From positions 64,001 to 128,000 of IMG/VR virus record IMGVR_UViG_3300028591_000108: DNA of 64,000 nucleotides; one strand, written 5' to 3'. Shown one piece after another: positions 45,343-52,999 of the stretch. How positions within the stretch are numbered: position 1 is the stretch's first letter; each line of letters starts with the position of its first letter. A program made the position numbers and the translations under genes. The notes under the pieces were generated by a model. That model made no database searches, was not told where the DNA came from, and was given only the letters and a program-made list of their open reading frames with translations. This DNA comes from a virus. Its lineage: Duplodnaviria; Caudoviricetes.

Positions 45343-46823
45343 ATGAAAAAACTTATAATACTGGTATTTATTTTACTAATACCCTTTCTTGCCTTATCTG
45401 AAGAAGGTGGAGAAGAAGATATTTATTCTAATGAATATACGCATAATGTTGAAATAATTTCATATTCCTATGATGATGGAGAAGTAGTTTTTTCTGCTGA
45501 TGTAGAATTAACTAATATGTTGGGTATTGTTACCATTCAACAAGATGTAAAAGTTTTTAATTATTTTTACGATAGAACTACACGCAAATATGCTGTACCG
45601 ATGGAAACAACGGTGAAAAATACAGGGATGGATGCGTATTTGCGCGTATATCTTAATGCATTTCGCACCGTTAAAGCAACTGGCGAAGACGAAGCTATTG
45701 ACTGGAGTCTTGTTGAAGTAGGACTATTAGATGAAAATGGTAATTTCCTAACAACTACAACTGATTATGTGTTATTGGGTGATTGCCTATATATGACACA
45801 GCCGACTCCATCTGGTCAATCTATTTATATTGATTACTATGGTTGGCTTAATAATTATCAACATTTGGCTACTAGTTCATATATTAAGACTTTACCTTCA
45901 AGTGAAGCAGTCCAAAAATATAACTTCTATCCAGACTTTACATCTAATGATCCTTGGAATAGTATTAATATTGAACAGCAAAATACTAATATTGATAATG
46001 CGGTCAGTAAGTTCGCATTAAATGTAACTATCGGTAATCAAGATGATATTAATGCTGACCCGCCAGAAGATACTGGATATAAACTGCCGGGAGATACTAC
46101 TTCATTTGAAGTGACTATTAAAATGCCAGCAACAGGATACTTATATCATTTTGTTATCATACGGGCCGCTGATGCTGCGCTGCGAGAAATCTTAACCGAT
46201 GAATTAACCGTATATGTTATTACTGATGATGGAGAAGAACAACAAATAAATTGGTATGGCAAAGTTGGAGAATATGTAAAAGATACAATTTTAAAGTTTA
46301 TTTATAAATTAAATATTCCAGAAACTTTAAATAATCCATTTGTAGGAGATCAGTTTCAAATTAAGGATGAGTATATAGTTGTAGCAACGCCATCCCCAAC
46401 TCCAACATCGACACCAACTCCTACTCCGACACTCACTCCTACACCAACTCCAAGCCCAACTCCTACATCAACTGCTACAGCAACACCTACACCAAGCCCA
46501 ACTCCAACTTCTATACCTACAGCAACTCCAACCGCTACTCCTACACCAACATTAACTCCAACTTCAACTCCAACTATAACGCCAACACCACTCCTACTTT
46601 GGCACCGACATTTACACCAGTTATTACTCCTGCGCCAACACCAATAGCGACGCCTATAATAACTAAGAAACCAAAGCCTACAGCGACGCCTCGGCCATCG
46701 AATATGCCGCAGCATACTCCTGGTCCACCAATGCGTACAATTCCATTATGGATATTGGAACTTTATAAAACACCATTAGGTTTAGATATAATGTATAATC
46801 AAGTTGGAGATTGTTTTGATTAA
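45343..46823 (+). CDS. Secreted protein with Pro-Thr repeat stalk, frameshifted near 46590
   Basis: Signal peptide and PT repeats from 46385 to ~46690. The PT register continues in another frame (track ORF 46599) and ends ...[19 protein letters not shown]. Confidence 0.65.
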
Positions 46824-46888
46824 TATTTGACTTATTATAAAAATTTTGTTATAATTTTATTGTACCGAGGGGATGAAACCCCTCATAT

Positions 46889-46962
46889 GCTTCCATAGCT
46901 CAATTGGCCAGAGCAATCGCTTCGTAAGCGATGGGTTGCAAGTTCAAGTCTTGCTGGAAGCT
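46889..46962 (+). tRNA. trnT: tRNA-Thr(CGT)
   Basis: GCTTCCA/TGGAAGC, ATCGC-TTCGTAA-GCGAT. Confidence 0.85.
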
Positions 46963-47230
46963 CTATACGCTTGGTCCGAGCCGTTCAAGAGTAAGCAAGG
47001 AACCCAGCTTACAGGATATTTCCCAACATACCATCATGCGTGGATGAAATAAGAAGAGATGGCGCCCGGTCCAACCGCAGGGCGTTATAAGCGAGCGGTT
47101 GGTAATAGTCCTAGGATCTCACAAGCAGGGACTATAATGAACGGCGTGAGCGCAAGATACTACGAGACAGATCCGGAAGGTAACAGTTCCGTTAAAGTGA
47201 AGAGCGATCGGCTTCATCTGAAAGTTTTAT

Positions 47231-47304
47231 GCCTCTCTAATCCAAATGGCAGAGATAGCACGCTAAGAACGTGTACAGTGTGAGTCCGAATCTCACGAGA
47301 GGTA
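47231..47304 (+). tRNA. trnL: tRNA-Leu(AAG), short variable loop
   Basis: GCCTCTC/GAGAGGT + A73, GCACG-CTAAGAA-CGTGT. Confidence 0.7.
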
Positions 47305-47422
47305 CGACTGTTGTTCAGCTGACAACCCAGTGGATGGATTTGACGCATCCCGTGCTACTACTGCGAGAGGGTCACGCTTAGGCTTTGCAAGCGGACCACG
47401 GCCCATGAAGGTAGCACATTAT

Positions 47423-47494
47423 CTCCGGCTAGTCTAAGGGACAGAACGTGTGGCTACGGACCATAAAATCGGCGTTCGAATCGTCGGCTGGAGA
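47423..47494 (+). tRNA. trnR: tRNA-Arg(ACG)
   Basis: CTCCGGC/GCTGGAG, TGTGG-CTACGGA-CCATA. Confidence 0.8.
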
Positions 47495-47536
47495 CTTCGC
47501 GCGAAAGCGCAAATTCATTTTGGAGGTACCTACTAT

Positions 47537-48076
47537 ATGAATGAACCAAGACTAAAGATTCTTCCCCCATGGACGATTCTAGTAAGGAAGCTAGAAGCCT
47601 TATTTGACGGTGATCCTCAGATTGCTTTCAATGTTGACTTTAGTGGAGAACATCCTTCTGTTGTTCTTTCCTGTAACAATGGAGATAAGGTTGCTGCACT
47701 AATGCAGATTCTACCTGAAGAAATTAACTTTGGCAATGTTACACTAAAGGTAATGGTAGATGGAACCCCAAGCAACCGCACCTTTAAGAGTAAGGTTGAA
47801 CTATTTGATACTGCTTTTTTCAAGAATCCTGCCTATGCGTATTCTGTTTGCCCTGCAGAAGAGGGATATCAGTGGATTGGCACTACTTATGTTGTATTCA
47901 ACAACTGTGTTGTACAGTTCGCAGCTGATAACCTAAATGATTGTCATGGAGTAATTAGTACTCTATATGAGACAATTGCTAGTGAACTTCTAACTGGGCC
48001 TGCAACTGAAGGCGTATTCTTCAATACTAATGTTGAGCGCGCAGGTCTTGGAATGCCGCTTGGCGAGTGGCCATAA
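47537..48076 (+). CDS. Conserved hypothetical protein
   Basis: RBS GGAGG before ATG 47537. LPPW...LF.GDP.I, YVVF...VVQF.ADNL.D..G..STLY. Confidence 0.75.
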   Translation: MNEPRLKILPPWTILVRKLEALFDGDPQIAFNVDFSGEHPSVVLSCNNGDKVAALMQILPEEINFGNVTLKVMVDGTPSNRTFKSKVELFDTAFFKNPAYAYSVCPAEEGYQWIGTTYVVFNNCVVQFAADNLNDCHGVISTLYETIASELLTGPATEGVFFNTNVERAGLGMPLGEWP

Positions 48077-48219
48077 CTTTCCTTGAGCGGAAATTTCCGC
48101 TCGTTATGCCCAGATGGTGAACCAGTGAACACCATCTGGTTTAAAAAAATTTAGTAAACTGAAAGAAAAAAAAATAGTTTGTTTACTTTAATAATACTCT
48201 TTATATGGAGGTGAGCGAT

Positions 48220-48826
48220 ATGAAAAAATGGGAAAAATTTTCGGATAAAGAATTAGAAATTATCGTTCAAAATAGCATTTCATATAGAGAGGTTGCACAA
48301 AAATTAGGATATGCAGAACGTAGTGGCGGTGGGTGTGATGCCGCGCGTGAAATGATTGAAGCTAAGGGTTTTAATATAGACCATTTTTTAGGTCAAGGAT
48401 GGAATAAAAGTAATTTTGATTATGAGCGTTTTCAAGCAGGTAAAGTAATTAAAAGTGCCGCTGCAATTCCAGCTTTAGTACAATTACGAGGACATAAATG
48501 TGAGAATTGTGGTGCAGAAACTTGGTTAGGAAATCCTATTCCATTAGAAGTACATCATATTAACGGTGACAGATTAAATAATACATTAGAGAACTTACAG
48601 CTGTTATGTCCTAATTGTCATGCTCTTACTGATAATTTTAAGGGTAAAAATAACACTGGTGACAAAAAAAGTAGAAGACGAAGTATTAGTAGAAGCACTT
48701 AAAAATAGTTCTAGTATTCGTCAAGCATTAATTTCTGTTGGACTAGCGGGTCGCGGCGGAAACTATGAACGTGCTCACGAATTAATTGATAAATATAATA
48801 TTACTAAATTTCAAAAAGGTGAGTAA
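48220..48826 (+). CDS. HNH homing endonuclease, frameshift at A7 run 48664-48670
   Basis: CENC...LEVHHINGDRLNN.LENLQLLCPNCH. The C-terminal domain (KNSSSIRQAL...GGNY) resembles the N-terminus (QNSISYREVA...GGG) but lies in the +1 frame. Confidence 0.8.
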
Positions 48827-48836
48827 TCACCTTTAT

Positions 48837-48912
48837 GCCAGAGTAGACAACCGGTGAAGTCCGCGCACTGAAAATGCGCTATTGATTGGTCCGACTCCAA
48901 TCTCTGGCACCA
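48837..48912 (+). tRNA. trnF: tRNA-Phe(GAA)
   Basis: GCCAGAG/CTCTGGC-ACCA, GCGCA-CTGAAAA-TGCGC. Confidence 0.85.
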
Positions 48913-49020
48913 TAATGGATTGGGAGGTGAGCCGGTAGATGAACTTCTCCATTGGCGATGAACCAAAATCAATCCAAAATCTCCTATTGGTTGGTGCGAC
49001 CCCAACTCTGGGCACCATAT

Positions 49021-49096
49021 GCCCGTTTAGCTCAGTTGGCAGAGCTTCCGGCTTACATCCGGACGGTCGGCAGTTCAAGTCTGTCAGCGGGTACCA
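49021..49096 (+). tRNA. trnV: tRNA-Val(TAC)
   Basis: TCCGG-CTTACAT-CCGGA, encoded CCA. Confidence 0.88.
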
Positions 49097-49204
49097 AATC
49101 CTATAATAGCCAGTGATAGTATGGACACTAGGGACGCCCTTTAAAGTTGTTCGCGGTAGTGAGAATAACCTTCGCCGTGGCGAAGTAAAAGAGCCACGGG
49201 ATAT

Positions 49205-49277
49205 GCGCCATTAGCTCAGCAGGCAGAGCACCGCACTTTTAATGCGGGTGTCCCGGTTTCGAGTACCGGATGGCACA
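49205..49277 (+). tRNA. trnK: tRNA-Lys(TTT)
   Basis: CCGCA-CTTTTAA-TGCGG. Confidence 0.82.
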
Positions 49278-49298
49278 CTAATTATAAAGGAGATTAAA

Positions 49299-49517
49299 AT
49301 GAGAATTATTTCTGGAGCTCATAGATTGCCTGGACATGCGTTTTGTGAATGTGGCACTGAATTTGAATTTGATTACGACGAGATTACAAAGGGCAATAAT
49401 AAACGACATGGTGCATATATTTATTGGTATAATTCTATTACTTGCCCAGTTTGCAAGAAAGAAATAGAGTTGCCAGATAATTTGGATAGTGTTTGTCCTT
49501 GGGTGCCAGATAATTGA
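49299..49517 (+). CDS. Small zinc-ribbon protein
   Basis: RBS AAGGAG. CECG...CPVC. Confidence 0.6.
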   Translation: MRIISGAHRLPGHAFCECGTEFEFDYDEITKGNNKRHGAYIYWYNSITCPVCKKEIELPDNLDSVCPWVPDN

Positions 49518-49572
49518 CATTAAATAAAATTTATAGTATAATTATTTCAGTAAGAAGGAAAGGAGTTCTATT

Positions 49573-49803
49573 ATGAGAAATCCAAATCGTATTGATAAGT
49601 TTTGTGATGAGCTTAAAGCGATTTGGCATCAAGTGCCAGATTGGCGCTTTGGGCAACTGATGGAAAATATGCTTAGTGCAAGACTACAAGCAGTATCAGA
49701 CCCTAATGGTTTCTTTTATACTGAAGATGAAGAATTGTTTGCTTTCTTTAAAAGTTATATGAATGAAATTATAAAAGAAGGTAGACAAAATAAAGATTGG
49801 TAA
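49573..49803 (+). CDS. DUF1040/YihD-like hypothetical protein
   Basis: MRNPNRI......W...PDWRFGQL...FY.ED. Confidence 0.65.
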   Translation: MRNPNRIDKFCDELKAIWHQVPDWRFGQLMENMLSARLQAVSDPNGFFYTEDEELFAFFKSYMNEIIKEGRQNKDW

Positions 49804-50013
49804 TTACATAATCCACCTGACATGGCTGTGACTACAAGGCGCGGAAAGGTGGCGGCAATCTCTTGCCCAAGTAAGTTGAAACGATATACACTCTTGGGAT
49901 GAAAAGCCTTAATGATGCGAAGATAGAGATATCACGTGAGTTTAGATACATGTGTGTGTAGTCGGTCTCCCTGTGGCCCGTTACGTTAGTAAGTTGGCAC
50001 AGGGGAAGCTTCT

Positions 50014-50159
50014 AGGAGTGTAAGATAACGGTAGTCGCGCGGTCTCCGGGGCGATAGTGTAAAGAACACGCTAGGAAAGCAAGGGCCTAGTAATTGAAGG
50101 GCAGTACTGAGGCGCTCCACCAAAAACCGCTCGTGTTGGTTCGAATCCAGCCGCTCCTG
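50014..50159 (+). tRNA. trnW: tRNA-Trp(CCA) interrupted by a 75-nt tRNA-like insert (50048-50122) between positions 35/36
   Basis: Exon 1 AGGAGTG...GCGGT-CTCC and exon 2 AAA-ACCGC...GTTGG-TTCGAAT-CCAGC-CGCTCCT-G join to give the loop CTCCAAA. Confidence 0.8.
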
Positions 50160-50163
50160 CTTA

Positions 50164-50227
50164 AAGACTCGTCAGCAACATTTTTCAAGCATCTGACTTT
50201 TAATCTGACTAGCTATAAACGAGTCTT
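50164..50227 (+). ncRNA. CAGCAA-stem RNA copy 4 with tRNA-Lys anticodon-arm-like cargo
   Basis: AAGACTCG-TCAGCAA...AGCATCTGACTTTTAATC...CGAGTCTT. Confidence 0.6.
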
Positions 50228-50234
50228 GTTTTAT

Positions 50235-50308
50235 GCCTTTCTATCCCAATTGGAAGAGGAAACCGACTCAAAATCGGCTCAGTTTGGGTTCAAATCCCAA
50301 GTTAGGCA
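50235..50308 (+). tRNA. trnL: tRNA-Leu(CAA), short variable loop, two acceptor mismatches
   Basis: ACCGA-CTCAAAA-TCGGC, T arm TTGGG-TTCAAAT-CCCAA. Confidence 0.65.
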
Positions 50309-50525
50309 CTCGCGCCATATAACTTAGGCGCATGGATTACATGTCATCCTTACTATTATACAATTTATTTAGACGTGCTTGAGGGTTCCCACCCGCTGTT
50401 GAGAAGAAGCAGAAAGGGATTATGGTGAGACTCGATAATACCGTAAATACTTTCGAGAAGTATAGGACAATGTTTGAAAAGCCGGATTTCTGTAATTGGG
50501 GCGATAACACCATCTAGTCCTATAT

Positions 50526-50599
50526 GCCCGAGTAACAGAATTGGCATATGTACGCGGTTCAGAGCCGTGGTTTTGTGGGTTCGACTCCCACCTTGGGCA
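50526..50599 (+). tRNA. trnL: tRNA-Leu(CAG), short variable loop
   Basis: GCCCGAG/CTTGGGC, CGCGG-TTCAGAG-CCGTG. Confidence 0.75.
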
Positions 50600-50908
50600 C
50601 TTATGTTTATCTTAGATAGGCCCAGTATACTAAAGCGATATAAAGTTCATGGGTTTCGCGTAGAGAAGATAAACATCGCGCCAAAGATACAAATTAAAAT
50701 AAATATGGCGCAATGAGTGCTGCTCCCACTCATATTACTAAAATATTATTGAAACATTACAAATGGAGCAATTTAATTAAAGATGTGCGATCGGTAGCAC
50801 AAGAAATAATTCCGAAATAATAGCACGGGTTAGAAGGGCCGGAATTCTATAATTGGGGCCTAAACACCATCCTGAAGTGCTGTTATGCCCACTACTTTGG
50901 GCAATTAT

Positions 50909-50979
50909 GGGGATATAGTATAACAGTAAAACAGTAGCTTTGCAAGCTTCAGACCGGGGAGCGTCACCCCGTATCTCCA
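50909..50979 (+). tRNA. trnA: tRNA-Ala(TGC)
   Basis: GGGGATA/TATCTCC with G3:U70, loop TTTGCAA, atypical T loop. Confidence 0.75.
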
Positions 50980-50989
50980 CATTATTATA

Positions 50990-51060
50990 GGCTCCGAAAT
51001 CTGGCGGCCGGATACTTGTCTGCAAAACTTGTTTAGTCAGTTCGACTCTGACCGGAGCCT
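50990..51060 (+). tRNA. trnC: tRNA-Cys(GCA)
   Basis: GGCTCCG/CGGAGCC + U73, loop CTGCAAA, weak anticodon stem. Confidence 0.7.
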
Positions 51061-51078
51061 CAATTTGGAGGATTATTT

Positions 51079-51381
51079 ATGATAGGCAATTATAAAATAA
51101 TAACATTATGTGGGAGCACCCGCTTCAAGGAGGATTTTGAGCGTGTTAACAGAGAACTTACTTTAGCGGGCAATATTGTCATCAGTGTTGGTTGTTTTGG
51201 CCATTCTGGTGATACTTTTACAGAGGAACAAAAAGTAATGCTTGATGATATTCATAAGCGCAAGATTGATATGGCCGATGAAATCTTTGTAATTAATAAA
51301 GATAAATATATTGGCGCAAGTACTCGTAGTGAAATTGAATATGCGATTTTACATGATAAGCCAGTGAGGTATATGGAATGA
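51079..51381 (+). CDS. Nucleoside 2-deoxyribosyltransferase-like/DUF4406-like protein
   Basis: ITLCGSTRF...HKRKIDMADEIFVIN...YIG.ST..EIEYA. Confidence 0.65.
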   Translation: MIGNYKIITLCGSTRFKEDFERVNRELTLAGNIVISVGCFGHSGDTFTEEQKVMLDDIHKRKIDMADEIFVINKDKYIGASTRSEIEYAILHDKPVRYME

Positions 51382-51626
51382 GAAAAGGCCGCGGTATAGA
51401 TCATTATTGGGAAGTAAGAAAATATTTAGGCGATATAGCTTTATATGCTCATTGCAAATGCGGATTTGAATATGCTTGTTCTTCCAATAAAAGAAAACCA
51501 GATGGAAGTGTTAGTTTTGAGCAAGAAATTACTAAGCTATACTTATATTGTCCTTATTGTGGAGCACGAAAAAAATGGTATAATGATATACCCAGAAAAA
51601 TAGATAGACTTCAATATGGCGGGTGA
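51378..51626 (+). CDS. Zinc-ribbon hypothetical protein
   Basis: CKCG...YCPYCG. Confidence 0.6.
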   Translation: MRKGRGIDHYWEVRKYLGDIALYAHCKCGFEYACSSNKRKPDGSVSFEQEITKLYLYCPYCGARKKWYNDIPRKIDRLQYGG

Positions 51627-51700
51627 ACCCGGCAAGGCGTGGGACCTGTCTCGAAAACAGTGGGAGCGTAAAGCTTATGGTTCGAGTCCATCGCCCGTCG
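51618..51700 (+). tRNA. trnS: tRNA-Ser(CGA)
   Basis: GGCGGGT/GCCCGTC + G73, CTGT-CTCGAAA-ACAG, long variable arm. Confidence 0.75.
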
Positions 51701-51706
51701 TCATAT

Positions 51707-51792
51707 GTCAAGAGAACTCAGGCGGCCCTGAGCATCCGTTGGAAGCGGATTGGTCTTGTAAAAGGGATGGAGGTCGGCACTTCCTCTTGGCG
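51707..51792 (+). tRNA. trnS: tRNA-Ser(GGA)
   Basis: GTCAAGA/TCTTGGC, ATCCG-TTGGAAG-CGGAT, long variable arm, atypical T loop. Confidence 0.7.
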
Positions 51793-51818
51793 TATTATAT
51801 CAGATGGAGTTGATGTAT

Positions 51819-52058
51819 ATGAGAAATCGTGCAGAAAAACGTCATAATGATTGGAAGAAAGCAATTCGGAAACGGAAGATTGTTGAAGAAGTCTACCAGT
51901 GGCCCGAAGGATGGTATGATAACTTACATCAATATAGTAAGAATAAAGTACATTGTTCTTGCCATGTATGTCGCGGCTGGACTAAACATGGTGAAAATAA
52001 TATTTCAGATAGACGAAAACTTGAAGAAATGAAAGAACAAATACTTGACAATGAATAA
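51819..52058 (+). CDS. Basic hypothetical protein
   Basis: R.EKR....KKAIRK...SKNKVHCSC.VC. Confidence 0.6.
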   Translation: MRNRAEKRHNDWKKAIRKRKIVEEVYQWPEGWYDNLHQYSKNKVHCSCHVCRGWTKHGENNISDRRKLEEMKEQILDNE

Positions 52059-52179
52059 AATTTCTGATATAATAATAATGTAAAAAGGAGATAATAGTAG
52101 AAAGAAGAGGCAACTAAAAAGTTTGTTGCAAAAGTAACATGGTAATCATCTCCTTCTTGTGCGGCGAAAGCCGCGTTTA

Positions 52180-52309
52180 TCCACGGTGGCGGAATAGGTA
52201 GACGCTAGAAAAGCTCGGCGCTCGACAGGACAGAAGCGTAGGGTTGCCACCCTGTCGGTGGATGCACGTATGTGTTACCCATATAAGGTGCAAATCCTTA
52301 TCCGTGGAA
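52180..52309 (+). ncRNA. tRNA-like RNA with ~75-nt expanded anticodon domain
   Basis: Acceptor TCCACGG/CCGTGGA, Leu-like D arm GCGGAATAGGTAGACGC, T arm TAAGG-TGCAAAT-CCTTA, no 7-nt anticodon loop. Confidence 0.6.
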
Positions 52310-52315
52310 TTATAA

Positions 52316-52388
52316 CGAGAATGTGGTGTAATCTGGTAACACGGGTGCTTCGGGAGCACCAGTTGCGGTTCAAATCCGACATTTTCGA
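52316..52388 (+). tRNA. trnP: tRNA-Pro(CGG)
   Basis: GGTGC-TTCGGGA-GCACC, acceptor CGAGAATG/CATTTTCG, irregular T stem. Confidence 0.7.
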
Positions 52389-52393
52389 CACAA

Positions 52394-52501
52394 TAGACGG
52401 TTACAGCAATTATTGCATACAAGGTGTCATTGGTTCAAATCCAATCTTCTCCATTGGAGAAGTAGCTCAATTGGTAGAGCAATTGATTATGAAACTGTCT
52501 A
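52394..52501 (+). ncRNA. CAGCAA-stem RNA copy 5 with circularly permuted tRNA module (YrlA/Y-RNA-like)
   Basis: TAGACGGTT/AACTGTCTA stem, T arm ATTGG-TTCAAAT-CCAAT, closed acceptor CTTCTCC-ATT-GGAGAAG, D arm GCTC-AATTGGTA-GAGC. Confidence 0.72.
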
Positions 52502-52508
52502 GTATTTA

Positions 52509-52601
52509 TAGGCCATTACAGCAAATTATATATAAATGGTGAAAGAAATGTTTGAGAAACATAACTGAGAAGGTTCGATCCCTTCAAATTTAAATGGCCT
52601 A
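52509..52601 (+). ncRNA. CAGCAA-stem RNA copy 6 with T-arm cargo
   Basis: TAGGCCATT-ACAGCAA...GAAGG-TTCGATC-CCTTC...AATGGCCTA. Confidence 0.62.
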
Positions 52602-52723
52602 GTTTTAGTTGAATATTCGCTCCGTTCTGGAGCTAATAGATTGCCGCGTTGGATTGCTCCTATTTGAAAGAGGCAGAGTAGTATCTGCAACTCTTCCGCG
52701 GCGTTTTTCTTATTGGAGGAATT

Positions 52724-52909
52724 ATGGAAGATAAATTAAAAGGAATTTATGGCTGTTTAAAAATAATGGATATGATGCTTTGTAATTATACTTATGATCC
52801 ATCTCATGGCGTGATACCATTTAAATCTACACAAGAAATGGCAAAATATTTCAGAGCTATGCTACACGCAATTTTACCAGAGGAATATAGATATTATAAA
52901 GGAGAATGA
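52724..52909 (+). CDS. Hypothetical protein
   Basis: RBS GGAGG, TAG-free. Confidence 0.55.
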   Translation: MEDKLKGIYGCLKIMDMMLCNYTYDPSHGVIPFKSTQEMAKYFRAMLHAILPEEYRYYKGE

Positions 52910-52994
52910 CACTATGGCGGAATGGTAACGCACCGACCTGCTAAGTCGAGGTTGCTTGTAAAAGGGTATGCACGTTCGAGCCGTGCTAGTGTCG
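52908..52994 (+). tRNA. trnS: tRNA-Ser(GCT)
   Basis: GACACTA/TAGTGTC, CGAC-CTGCTAA-GTCG, long variable arm. Confidence 0.82.
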
Positions 52995-52999
52995 CTTAT

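Larger units (their letters stand above)
48108..49017 (+). pseudogene. Split tRNA-Phe paralogue: 5' part 48108-48133, 3' part 48977-49017
   Basis: GCCCAGA pairs with TCTGGGC-ACCA. D arm and variable/T region closely parallel the intact tRNA-Phe at 48837. Confidence 0.55.

Noticed and set aside
46356-46715. Minus-strand Gly-Val repeat ORF
   Set aside because: Antisense shadow of the Pro-Thr repeat.
50048-50122. tmRNA (GGGG...CTCCACCA ends)
   Set aside because: Only 75 nt, with no tag reading frame or pseudoknots. Treated as a tRNA-like insert.
42812-52542. Track ORFs overlapping tRNAs/ncRNAs (e.g. 42812, 43775, 44661, 47059, 48833, 50094, 50474, 51616, 52258)
   Set aside because: No RBS, translations of tRNA sequence, better explained as RNA genes.
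41598-52601. CRISPR array from the recurring CAGCAA elements
   Set aside because: Copies are dispersed, non-identical and irregularly spaced. No cas genes were seen.
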